DNA of 64,000 nucleotides from Azolla caroliniana. Its lineage: Eukaryota > Plantae > Polypodiophyta. Both the position numbers and the translations under genes were made by a program. Position 1 is the first letter of the stretch. The number at the start of each line of letters is the position of its first letter. The stretch is from positions 15,996,001 through 16,060,000 of the forward strand of contig JBHGNT010000009.1 of assembly GCA_043228905.1 (NCBI GenBank), read 5' to 3'. The notes beneath the pieces are model-generated. The model was not told where the DNA came from. It worked only from the letters and a program-made list of their open reading frames with translations, and made no database searches. Of the stretch, positions 10,451-23,800 are shown piece after piece.

Positions 10451-12394
10451 TTGTTTTCATGCCATTGCCTCCAAACCCAACTTCTACTACTTATGGAAGA
10501 GCTTTGTAGTTGTGTTAGAGGTTCTCATTGTGCGTTGCATAGTATCAAAGAACAAATGTTCTCAACTTGCACCGTGTTTGGTGGACCCAATTATGATTTT
10601 ATTTCTTGCTTTCTTATTGCATCATTTCTTTTTCTATCTTCTACTTCACATATGAATGCTTGAATGAAGTTATTATTGTTTTCTTTGTGGTTCCAATTTC
10701 TTGTGAAGAAAAACTTCGTCCTTTAATTCCTCTTTGATCACATTGCTTCTTTCTAAATGGATGTTCAATATGAGCACATTTGTTGCAATGTCGACGAATG
10801 ATTGTATTTGTTGTGATTTCTACCAATCGTCGTAGAGGAAAATCATTCCTCATGGGTAACTTTTGGATTTTCAATTCGTGATAATTGCCTTTGTGATGTT
10901 TCATTGATGTTGCCATAGCCATATGACTAACTTCAAAGAGGTCATTTGGTCTCTTTTGTCACAATTCATCACGTTTGATTTTTTTTCTATTAGATTATTT
11001 ATATTGAGATTCGTTTTCATCACCGTAAATACTTAATCCTTATGACGGTGATAAAACATGAGAGTAATGCACCTATGAGCTTTTCACATTTTGCTATCTC
11101 ATCAATAATGTTACGCACCATGATTGCAACATCTAACTTGTCTTTGCTAATAAAAAATGAAGATGTTAATAGATTCTACTTCACGCATCTCCATGTTCAT
11201 CAATATTCGATATGAGAAGATTTTAGTGGTAGAGTCAAAGGGCCGGTGTAATTGATTCAAGTATCCCCACATTGCTTCAATCACTTAGATGCATTATTAT
11301 CTCTATCCTTGCATCTAGCTAAGGTCTTTACTTTTCTACTCACGATGTGCCTGAACCCATTTACAATTTCTTTGAGATTTGTTATCTCTAGATATGTTCT
11401 CATTTTCCCCATTCAAAAATCGTGCAATGTGAGTTTCTCCACCCACCACATTTCCCCATTGCTCGTGCACAAATAGGTATCAAGCCTTTATCCAAAGGTG
11501 GAGATTAAGTAATGAAAAGATAAATTGCAAAATTATGAATATGAAAATACTAAGTGCGGAGCGTGCATCGTGCACTCAGCATAACAATGGTCAAGGTGTG
11601 CCACTAACTAGATTTGAGCATTGCAAAATTACACTAATAAAAATAATGAAAGAGGATTAGCTTATTTCCCAGCTGAATCGTGTCAAGAGGTTAAGTTGGT
11701 GCTATTTATGATGCCAAAACCAAAGAGGAGATTGCAGCCAAATTACAAGTGGCCATCCTCTGCATATACTCAAAAATAGTCTAGAATCCTAGAGAATCCA
11801 AAATTAGTGAAAATGGCAAGCACAGATATACCGAACTAATCTCGAGGATAAGCTGATCTGAGCTCATCAACAAGTACAAAGATGTCTTTTGCAAGGCACC
11901 TAAAATGGGGCTAGTCTCAACTGTGATGGTTAATTAATTATTCCCCAAAAAATTGATGGAAAGCTTTTAAGAGTTGTGTTCTGATCCTAGATGGCACACA
12001 CGCTTCTGATTGCCTCGAACAAAAGGGTGGAAAGCTTAGGAATTGCGTGAAGACTAGTGAAAGTCCGTCACGAGGAAACCCCAAAGAAAGGGAAAAAGAA
12101 AACTTGCTACTTCTTATCAAACAGCACAATGACATTTGTGATTATCCACATTAAAACCCACATCTTGAATTTAAATCCCATATGTTTCCTTGCCAAATTA
12201 AATATACCCTCATTTTTTTCTCTATGTATGATGCAAAGAAAATAGATAAATAGACATAGCAAGGTTCCAACTGGGGTTGGAATCTCTCTATTTTATGATT
12301 TTCATGCTGCAATGTAAACGAGCCACCAAAGAGAGGAAGAGATTCATCTCTTGTATATTGAAAGAAGATTGATTGATGTAAAACATTGAAAGTA

Positions 12395-15371
12395 CTACAT
12401 GGCAAGAGGAGGCCTCTTGTATGGAACAAATCCAGCACCACTATATCTTGAACATGCTATTGGTCTAGAAATCATTTGATTTCCATCAGGTTTTGCTTTT
12501 GCTTTTGTTCTCATATTAGTAAAGGCTGATCTATCATTCCCTGGTCTATTCTCTTGAAACATGAGAGAAAATGGCAAAGTGGGTCTGTTATCAATCTCAT
12601 GGGAATCCCTTTCTCTGTGTTCTTCATTGTTACTGCTTATACCTACTCCAATTGAATTATCGACCTCAGGTGATACTTGACTTTGCAGGGTTGATCTAAA
12701 ATTACATACATACTCATCACTCACTCTTCCACCATCATCAAACACACTGGACCTTTTGAGCCTCTTTGTCACTGATGGTTCATCGGAACTAGTTCTACCA
12801 CAACATGATAAATTTCTGGTGCCTGAGGCCATGTCAAAGCGTTGATCAGAGCTAGAATCCTCGGCATTACGATGCTCATTCTCACTATTCCTTTGGGCAC
12901 TGCATTTACTATTATTAACATTATCATTATTATTGCCCATCACCTTTCTCGAGTTGCATGTAGTCGCTGGCAATTGAGGCCTAAAAGAGCCCATAAGAGC
13001 TGTTGGGCTATACAACAAGTTCACATTGTTGTTAAAACCAGATAAAGAACTATGCATGGATGACCAGGCTGATGCTATAAAAGCATGAGAGGCAGCATGA
13101 TCAAAAGCATTCATATCATCACCATCAACATCACCATCCTTGGACGTGGCATATTGACCGAAACTGTATGGCCAATACATTGGAAATGGCATCATAGAGT
13201 TTAAAGCAGGTAGATATGATTGGCTTGGAAACTGTTGCGATGTCTGTGATTCCATAGAAATGCTAGTAGAATTTGCTGCATTAGGTGTTTGGCCATCCTC
13301 ATCACAGTCAAGATTGGAAGTTACAGATTGATGAACAAGTTCCGTTTCATCATCGGATACGCCAGATTTGGTGTTGCTAATGGGTTGCAGTATAGTGCTA
13401 GAGATCTCCCCGGCTTCCATTGACATGTGATCTGTTCCCGTTGAAACCTCTGACTTAGGAGAATATTCACTTTCATTCTCCGGAATGACAAAACTTTTAC
13501 CGAATAACCGGAGTTTTGTTTCAGTTAATCCAGTTATTTCTTTTAGTACCTAGTACATAGCAACAAATTGTACTTTTAAGAGTTTTTCATCTTCAATTAC
13601 TATGAAAAAACAGGCAGGTCTCATGAGACCAAGCCATCTTATTAATATGCAACTATTCTCAATACATTCTCCTAAATCAAGATCTCTATGCTACCATGGT
13701 AAAACAAAAATAAAAACATTAGAACCAAATAGAAATTACTAATCATGCTTGAAAACAAAGTACAAAATTTTAAGTCATTAATTGAGCAATGAACCATGCT
13801 TTAGTCAATCTTACTTTTGTTAACAAATATATAAAAGGCATTTGCACATTGAAGACAAACCTCAATAGGTGATGAGTCTGTGTCTTCAACTAATCGATAA
13901 GGCGTTGAGTGTGAATTCCCTTCTTTACGAGGATATGGGTGATTTGATCGTCTTTTTGGACGTGGTGGTGGTATTTCAATCTCTCCCGAGCTTCCATGAT
14001 TTATTGAACACCCACCTATTGCACTCTCTCTCTCCATCTAAATACACAGAAATCATATCAAAGAAGAGGATGTCAGTTCTGAAACACTGGTAGTTCTAGC
14101 ACACAAGCAATGGCTAGGATCCATATCTTATAAAACAGAAACTTGAATCCAATATCCAATGATGTTTCTCCATTCTTATGTTAAGCAAAAGGGAACATAA
14201 GAGTATGTGTTATACTGGTGCCTAATTAATTTGTGCTTGAAAAACTTGAAGACAAAATGATTTGATGTTTCTAATAAGGCTAATATAAAGAATTTCCTCT
14301 TAGTTGCTTCAAAATCTGACTAACCGAAGCTTCATTTGATCGAGGAGAGAAGTAAAATATCTTCATAAAAGATTATTTGTCCAAATCTTTTAAGGGCTAT
14401 GAGGAGTTTCATTTTGGAATGCTCTGTATTTTCGAAATGCTTAACCAAGTCACATGTATGATTTACTCATTGCTTGAGATTTTTTTAGTAGTTTTTATTG
14501 ATCAATACACACATACACATACATTTATATATAGCATATGAATCATAGTGATTGGAAGAAACCTTTGAGAAGAACTTTTGTGCGTGGCTTCGTATTTGAA
14601 TTGTTGTTTTCGTGCCAATGTGTTCTACACAAGGGTAGATGTAGCACATTCACTTTAAATCCATAAAATGAAATACTTTCACCACATATCATCTCTCCCT
14701 CTCCCTCTCCCTCTCTATTCATGTATCTATCTATCTATCTCCAAATAACTAATATACATACATGCATACCCAAATAACTAACCTTCAATACATCGCCAAG
14801 CGCGACCATAGAGCTTTAATGCTTCCAGGAACTTGTGATGTTCATCTTCTGACCATTTCTCTCTTTGTTTAGAGATGGTGTAAGGTTTCCTAACCTATTT
14901 TTGGATACAAAAAAACAGATCTGTGAGAGGTTTCACAGGGATAGATTTTAAGCTTCACATGAAATTCTGTCTCAAAATTCAAAGAAATGCCCAAGAAACT
15001 TTGCAATTTAAAAACTAACAATATTCAACGATAGGATGTTTGAGGTGGGAAACTCGGAAATACCCCTGGGTCTTTTGAATTTTTTCCATTCCCCGCATTC
15101 TCATTGTTTTCCCATGCCGACACTGGCCCCAAACAGGGTTTGACGAAAGGGCATTTGGGTAAAAACAAGGAGAACTAGGGGGCCTCCAAACTCCGGGGGG
15201 GTATTTCGGAGGGTTTTATTTTCCCTGCATATTAATTTGATGGGATTACTAGATGGATATTTTTACCTTGATTGCGTTATCGTTAGGAGGAGTGGGAAGT
15301 TCAGTTCCTTTGATTTTCATCAGACCATTTACAGAATTCACCATAGACGGAGACGATATTCGGAAACTCAT
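12395..15371 (-). CDS. RVE: CCA1/LHY/REVEILLE-family single-MYB (SHAQKF) circadian transcription factor, RVE1/2/7-like, about 536 aa
   Basis: Exons 15371-15267, 14894-14783 ([33 protein letters not shown]), 14624-14563 ([20 protein letters not shown]), 14037-13861 ([19 protein letters not shown]), 13549-12395 (LRLFGK; C-terminal GFVPYKR). All GT-AG, 1611 nt in frame, with an in-frame stop upstream of ATG 15371. Confidence 0.93.
15047..15225. mobile_element. Degenerate MITE-like inverted-repeat element in RVE intron 1
   Basis: GGGAAA..CGGAAATACCCCTGGG versus CCGGGGGGGTATTTCGG..TTTCCC. No clear TSD. Confidence 0.45.
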
Positions 15372-16102
15372 AATCCTTCTTTTGTTGGCAGCTTATCTGA
15401 ACAGAATTTTGTAAAAACACAGGGGGGAAAAAAACCAAAGATCAATACAAGACAAGCAAGATGAGGAAATCTTTCTTTTCAAGAATGATCTGAACATGGA
15501 CAGGTACGCAGATCAAGTTTTCAATCCCGTGTTGAAAACGACATGATTTATGTGAAAATCGAGAATGAAAACAGAGAAGAAAGAATAAAATATACCGGGT
15601 CATTTCTGTTTTCCCTTTTTCTGTTCCAATTTGTTTTTTAATTTTACTTTTTTTAGGGTTCCGTTGTCTGGCTCAAAGAAACGAGAGAGAACAAGAACTC
15701 AAAGATTTGGGGAAAACAAGAGAAGGAGAAGGAGAATGGGAATTAGGTGGGGAGGTGCATACCAGAAGGTCGGGATGCCAGATCGATGATGAGAATCGTT
15801 GAGGCCCAAGGAAGGAGGCGACGATGGTGATGGTGAGGATGGAAGGGAGGGGGGGGACAAAGAACAGAAAGATTAAGAGCAGCAGAAGAAGAAAAGAACA
15901 GATGAAGATCAGAAGAAGAAGAAGAAGAACAGAAGAACAGATGAAGATCAGAAGAAGAAGAAGAAGAAGAAGAGATTGAGAGAAGAAGAAGAAGAAGAAA
16001 CGAATGGAAATGGAAGCAGAAAGAAACACAGAAGAAGAAGAAGAAGAAGCAGAAGCAGAGGAAAAATAAAAAAGCGAAATGAAAAATATAAAAACGAAAA
16101 AT

Positions 16103-16340
16103 AAAAATCTGGAGGAAGAAAAAAAAGGGCCGAAAAAAAGAGAAAAAGGTAAAAGGCGCTTTTGCCACGTCAGATCCCGAGCCGCGAAAAAGCGCCCGCA
16201 CTTCAGCCGTCCGATCCAGCCCGCCCCGCCTCGAGATGCCGCCACGTGTGGCTGACGTGGCGGGGGCCCCCCCGCGGAGCAATCCAGGCCATAACAAACT
16301 GCCACGTAGGATGGAGCACTTTTGGAGCCCTGCCACGTCA
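16103..16340 (-). promoter_or_regulatory. RVE promoter: five GCCACGT-core (G-box/ABRE/GC-hybrid) sites and a CCA1-binding-site-like motif
   Basis: GCCACGTCA 16164, GCCACGTG 16241, TGACGTGGC 16253, GCCACGTA 16301 and GCCACGTCA 16332 in a GC-rich island. AAAAATCT at 16103. A (CTT)n-rich leader lies downstream on the minus strand. Confidence 0.7.
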
Positions 16341-16379
16341 TCAGGAATTTCGCTTTTTGTTGTGCACCACATGAAATGA

Positions 16380-16383
<4 letters not shown>

Positions 16384-16452
<69 letters not shown>

Positions 16453-16652
16453 TTTTCTTATGTGTGTGTGTGTGGGGGGAGGGTGTGGATATTTTTGTGG
16501 CTTCTCTTTGCCACCATTTGTCCATTCCTTTTTTTATGGGGCCTCGACCTTATCCGCCGCATCGACCACACGTTCTCTCTTTCTCAACCTCTCGCACATA
16601 TATACCCACTCTCGCTACATCTGCTTGCCTCCGTGTTGTGTACATGTGTGTG

Positions 16653-16696
<44 letters not shown>
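16384..16696. repeat. (CT)n and (GA)n microsatellites
   Basis: (CT)n at about 16384-16451 and (GA)n at about 16656-16696. Confidence 0.95.
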
Positions 16697-16697
<1 letters not shown>

Positions 16698-19181
16698 ATC
16701 CACATGCAATCAATGCACATGCACTACGTACTTTCTGGGTCCCGCTCCTCCCTCCCCCCCAACAAATGTATAAAACATCGGCACCATTGGTATTTGCATA
16801 TTTGACCCGCAAATGAGTACTAAGCATACATGCGCACGCAAATGTCCGTTCGCCCACCTGCCCATCTGAATGATTGCCTACCTCTACCTCTACCTCAACT
16901 CGTAAACATGGAGCCCCACCTGATGGCCCATATGTCTCCCTTACAAACATGCACCAATGCATTATTCGTTGTCATCATCTCTGTAGTTATGATAAGGGAG
17001 GGAAGTTGAGGTGCTTCATGCTCATTGCCTCAACCTCAATTCATAAAAGTGGGACCTGATCTCACGGCCTATTTGTCTCCCTTGTAAATGTGCAACATGT
17101 GTTAGTTGTCATCATCCCCATAGTTATAAATGACATTTGATGGAAGATGTGTGTTACCTTAATGCATTTGCTTCATTGCCAGGAATGTTGTTGGACATCA
17201 TGCATCCCGTATGTCAATATATGGTCTTTGATTTTTTTTGTTATCTACCATTGGTCGTGGTTCTAGTGATCGGTTGCCTTTTGGCATAAAGGTCTTCCCC
17301 GAATATTGGTTTCATATTTGTAAGTGTAAGATACATATTAAATAACACTTCAATTACTATGTGTTTACCTACTTGTATCCTCTCTAAGGTCGTACTAATA
17401 ATTCAATTTACACATCATCGTTGATCAAGATGGTATATTGTGCACAATTTTTCTTCAAGTTACATTATTAATGAGAGCCTCACATATGAAGTGGGAATAA
17501 GCCATACGTTTCTCATGATTCATCCATTATTAGGATACATGTAGAGACAAAGAATACCCTCATCCAAAGAGTGCGAAAGGCGACAATGAAGTGGATATGA
17601 TATACTACCATATCATGTCTTTTGTATATATGGGATGATTCTCTTGACCCTTTCTTTTAGTTTATCCATTCAAAAGCAATAAATAACCTCTTCTAAAGGC
17701 GACTTTTCAACAACATTTTGATGTCTTAAATGAAATGTATGTAGCGTTTTTTTTTTTATCAACAAGTTGGATCGATTTATTTGTGTTTTGGGTAAAGCAT
17801 GTATGTAAGAGAACAACGGTTCTCAAAACTTGTCATGAATATGAAAATATAACTAGAGAATTATTATAGATTTTTTTTTAAAGCATGATAGCATAAGATG
17901 GTGTTGACGTTTGTTTCATATTGATCAAGGTATTAGTATAAGAATAATTACTATAAGAAAATAGAAAATAGAAATATGTCTCGAATAGAACAAAAGAAAA
18001 TTGTGCTAAAGGGGGTTTATGGTCTTCAAGATATGTAACCCGTATACTAGATGTTATCACCAAGGTCTCCATCCCATTATCACGTGACTTATTGTGAATG
18101 TTCATGACTACACACCAACATCTAAATCGTAGCGTGAATTAATTTCCAAAGTTATGTCAATTTTATTAAGAGGATTGGTCTCGAGTGCTTGTCGCCAACC
18201 ACATACTACGCATAGAATTTGTCGAAATATGTTTGATGAGTTGGAAGTGAAGAAATATTATTTCTTTTGTACCAGGTTGAACGTTTACAAATAGTCAAAA
18301 AAATCCATGAATATAATTTTGTTGGAGGAAGTAAGAGGTGTTTGATTAAATGAGATTTTTGGCAATTAAAGGGAGAGGTTGAAGGGTTAGAATTCTTCGG
18401 GAGACATTGTCTCATCTAGGAATTTAGCAAGGCATTTATAAAAAGAAAACACATCATACCATGGGCTCAAATGATGAGCAAGAAACCACGGGAACCAATC
18501 GGGTGGCACCCATGTAAATGATCATTTGCGACATCTTCAATCACCTTACCTATAGTAAAAATGAGAACCAGTTTAGCTCTTACCTTCAACAAAATTTAGT
18601 TTCCTTCAATTTTGTTACGTGGAGACTAGTGAATGACCGTGGGAATAAGTAAACATAATCCTTGTGCATTTATTGCTATGCATATGGGGCATTTGTCCAC
18701 CACTTATGTCGAGTGGGTGTTCCATTTATTACTTCCCCACTATTGACCATTGGGGTCAATGACCATGATTAGAGAGCTCTTGTAAAACACATAGACAATA
18801 CGTGGTGACCATGACATGTCGCTCATCTTGTAGTGGGTGAGCGTAATGTATGTCATTCAAATTTGTTGACTCTATTTCCATTATCAACAACCCCCTCCTC
18901 ACGAGTCACATGTATGCATGCCACCACTAGAAATATAGCACCTTGGGTTCATGGAGTTTTTTACCACGCAACACTAGGAAAACTGTGTGAAGCTATGTGT
19001 GGTTTGTAGAAAACTAGTGTCGACTTTGCATTGGAAGTCAATACCACATGCTAATAATAGCCAATAAATCCTAGTAGTGTGAGTCACAACTTTTGAAATA
19101 AGGAAATACTATTATCCAAAAGGGAGTTCAAAATTCCCCTTGTTGATATTCTAAGAGCAATAAGAGTGAATGAAAGACAAC

Positions 19182-20729
19182 TGTTGAGAATCGAACCCAA
19201 CTTCCCGAATGAAGTGCTTTCACACTAGTAGTGGACACATTGGGCTAGTTTTGTAAATAACAGAAAGGAAAGTTGCCCTAGACTAGTTGGTATTTAAACC
19301 AACCTTTTGTAACTTAATTATTGTTGGATGTAAACATATTTTTCAGTAATACAACTTCTTGTTCTAAGCTCTCTCTCTCTCTCTCTCTCTCTCTTCTTCT
19401 TCTTCTTCTTCTTCTTCTTCTTTTCGTAAATAATGGCTTTCATTACGAAAGAAAAAACACCACCATGACTAACTTACAACAAACTATAGAACCCCTTCTA
19501 TCTGGGGATCTAAAGAAAACTATGACACCAAACTCAATGCCACCCTACACACCAATTCAAATGGTGAATATGATGATATGTGACCTTGCAGAGTTCTCTC
19601 TCTTCCTGGTTGAGATTTCGTGACTTCTCTAGCACTGTTAATTGCCACAAAAGAAGTCCTTTTAACTTTAGACCATATTTTCTCACCCCCACTTGCGAAT
19701 AAAAAATGAAGGCATTCTGCATATTCCAATTGAACCATAGCCCCCAATACCTCAAGAACTCAATTTTTTTTTGAGAATGAGGCATTGGTTCATTGTTTGC
19801 CATATGTGCAAAAACCCAATTGAAGGAAGATAGACGTACTCCGGTTAGAGACATCCACACTAAACTGATACACCTCCAAAGCATCCTTGCCATCGGGCAG
19901 GAAATAAATCGATGCCTACTATGTTCCAATTCTACCGAACAAAAGAAACACAATCCTTTAGTAATGTTTCTTTTTTTTAATGCATCCCCCAATGGTAAAG
20001 CTCCAATCATAACTCTCCAAACAAATACCTTGGTTCGTAGCGTTAATTGAGAACACCAACTTGCCTTGATCACATGAAGCCACCAAGTAATGGGCTTATG
20101 AAACCCCCATATCGTTATAACCCTTTCTTCCAACCACTTATGTTTGTTAATCAACGTGTGATAAGCAACATTTGTTGAGATCATAGTCAATCTCTTATTT
20201 CCAACAAACCTCCAATCAAGCTCTTGAGATCGCCTATCTAAATAAGGATTTGGCTCATACGAAGATAGTATTTGTTGCAACTTATCCCAAATAAAGGTAT
20301 AACCTTTTGGAATACGAAATGTTGATCTGATTGTTCGAAAAGTCATTAATCTTCTTCGTGACACCAACACAACATCCTTAATTGTTACCAAACCCAATCT
20401 AGCCATCTGATTAAATTGAAAGTTAAAAATTTGCTTACCTTCCCACTTCAACAACCTTGATGTCGCCAAAACCTCCATTTGTAATGAATTGGCAAATCTC
20501 CTTTCTTGTGGGGGATGCCATTCCACAAAATCTAACATACTTTGCCATGATGTCAACAAATGATCAACTATCATAGACCCTGCACATTTGACATCCCTAT
20601 CATAATTAATTACATTCCACCAATTTGCTTCAACCTTCATGTTTCCAAGCTTTATTCCGTTCTTCTCTATAAAGTATGCCACCATTTCTGTCCAAGGTTG
20701 TACACCTTCAAACATAAATCGAATGAAAA

Positions 20730-20805
<76 letters not shown>

Positions 20806-23800
20806 TGTCTTACATACACTTGCACACACACAATTCATCTTTGTTACACAGTATCACCTACGCCTCTCATTTCTTTACATGGCATCAGAGCGTGTGGTTT
20901 TTTGATCGAGCTTATTCAACTATGTTATACTACACACTAGCTCAACAACATAGAAGAAATTGACATCATGAATACTCAGATGGGAAGTGCTCTTCCTATG
21001 GAGAAGCTCGATAGGACAAACTTCCCATATTGGGAATACAAAGATGCATCAATACCTTTCGAACAAGGTTATTGGAGCTATATTAAGGGAGCTCATGAAA
21101 CGCAACCCAACCCAACACATGCCGACTACCTAGCCTGGGAGCAAGCCGCAAGCCATGTGTTGTATTGCCTTGCATCATGCGTTCATGATCATATGCTCGG
21201 CTATATTCGAGAGGTGAAAATGCCAAAGGAAGCTTGGGCCAACCTCAAGTAAATATTCGCAGTCAACACACATGCACATAAGCCCCAACTCCGATAGGAG
21301 TTGAATAACATGCAACAGAGGGACATGTCAATCACCAACTATACATCGAAGATTAAGGAGTTGTGTGATGCTCTCGAGTAGATAAATGTCACAATCAACG
21401 ATGATGAAATGGTGGAAATATGCCTCGGCACTCTAGCACCACGATTCGACACGATCAGATCAGCCATTTTTCCAAAGGAGAATCCTCCCTCCTTTTTCGA
21501 CCTTCAATCGATATTGTTGGTTGAAGAAAATCATGCCCGACAAAGGAGCAATGCATCCGATGGTCAGATGCTCCCAATCGGATGATGGAAGAGGATTCGG
21601 TCGAGGAAACAGAGGCCAACAGGGTCAGCCGACCCGAGAACGCAATTCCCATCATTGCCAAGAGGGCAGAAACACTCCTAAGGAGTTCGGCAAAAGGGGG
21701 AGACATCCTACCGGACCGAGCCACCAAAACAGTCTGATCGAATGTGGGTATCGTGGAAAACTCGGCCACTACGAAAAGGAGTGCTGAAAGAAGAAACGAG
21801 ACCCAAGTTCGACTAGCTAACCACTCACAAACTATGTCACGAATTCCAACTATGACGACCATGGCGGAATGTTCGTAATGAGGCACAAAGCACATTCGAT
21901 GCTAGCACAAAGCCCGACTTGCACCTCTTCCTCAACAAATGTATGGTTTGTAGAATCTGGAGCATCGAATCACATGACGTCTCACGAAGATTGGTTCTAA
22001 TAATTGAGGAAGCCCGATCGACCCTACTATGTCAAAACTGGAGATGACACAACTCACTCGGTTCGGCATATTGGAAATGTCCCATTCGGGAATGATGGCA
22101 AACAAACTTACCTCAAGAATGTCTTGCATGTTCCAACCATCACAAAAAACATGGTCTCGGTAGGCTAGATTGTCGAGCAAGGTATGCAAGTACGATTCAA
22201 TAATGATGTGTGCTTTATTGAGAACGAAGGCCGACTAGTAGCTCACGGCCGAAGAGAAGGCTGAATGTTCATCCTCGAATCGAACGAGGTGAAGTCAGAT
22301 ATGTTCGTAAAAGGCCTCAAAGTCGAAATCGACTTAAAATTGTGGCCCAAACGAATTGGCCACATCAATCTCCAGAAGCTCAAAGGAATGCAGTCGAAAG
22401 GAGTCGTCATCGGACTCCCGACTTTAAATACCGACAACCATTCCCAAAAGAGAGGAACGTGAGCAAAGAGCTCCTTGATGTAGTACATTTAGATGTATGG
22501 GGACCAGCCCAAACGACAACATTCGGTGGTTGTCGATATTATGTCACATTTATCGACGACTTCTCCAGGCATATCTAGATTTACCCTATGCGGCACCAGA
22601 GCGAAGTGTTCAGACACTTCCAAAAGTTTAAAAACGAAGTCGAAAAAGCCACAAATTTGCATGTCTGATGCCTTTGATCGGATGGAGGCAAGGAGTATTT
22701 CTCGGACGAATTTACAACGTATCTTCGAAAGGAAGGAATTCGACGAGAATTCTCATGTTGACACACACCTCAACAAAACAGAGTAGTCGAACGCAAGAAT
22801 CATCACATAGTAGAGGTAGCAAGGGCAATGATGAACGAGCAGAACCTGCCAAAATCGTATTGGGCTAAAGCGGCTAACACAACCGTCTAGCTCATGAATA
22901 GGTTTAACACTTCTGCGGTACACGACGTCACTCCTCACGAAAAATTATTCGGGAAGAAGCCGGATTTATCCCATGTTAGGATATTCGGCTGAATCGCATA
23001 TGTACACATTCGCCACGAGAAGTAGCAAAAGCTTGACCCGAAGTTGGAAGAATGTATACTCGTAGGGTACTTACTCGAACAAAAGGGGTACAAATGTTAC
23101 AATTCGGCTTCCCGAAAAGTTCAAGTGATTCGGGACGTCGTTTTCCACAATTCGGCATCCTGGTATGAACCAGAGACGACTCTGATTCCGACCCTAGTCG
23201 ACTCAGAATTGGCCGAATGAGAGATAGAAGACAAAGATCAACTGAGGCTGAGTGGACCACAAGAGCCCCAGGTGACCAAAGCACATCTCGGCCGAGTCCA
23301 AAGCTAGACAAAGGGAAGGCCAAAATGTTGAATACGAAGATCCGATCAACGACGAGTCAATTCACTCCCTTGATAGTGAGTCCGACAACCTTGACATCCC
23401 AATCATTCGGAAGAATGGAGCAAGAAAGCCTTAGTCTCTGCAAAAGAGAAGCTTTGTTGCTCCAGCCAAGAGGAAAACCCAGTTAGCTTATTTGACTACG
23501 ATGAGTATATGGTAGATCATTATGCCTTTATGATGAAGGTGGCGACATTCTAAGAACTAGAAACCTTTTTTGAGGCACCAAGAATCCATGATGGATCGAA
23601 GCTATGAATGAAGAAATGCAGGCTCTGATAAAAAATGAGACATGGGATCTCGTTCCCCATTCTCCACACAAGAAAGAAATTGGTTGTTGATGGATCTTCA
23701 AGGTAAAATATAATGCCAACGGCTCGGTCACTCACTATAAGGCACAACTCGTAGCCAAGGGATATGCTCAAACACATGGAGTTGATTATGAGGAGACCTT

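Noticed and set aside
15673-16962. Many long ORFs on both strands (up to 260 aa)
   Set aside because: Produced by (CTT)n, (CT)n and (GA)n microsatellites and a GC-rich promoter island; the translations are low-complexity.
17850-18800. Possible hAT transposase remnant on the minus strand
   Set aside because: Only vague motif resemblance; too decayed to support.
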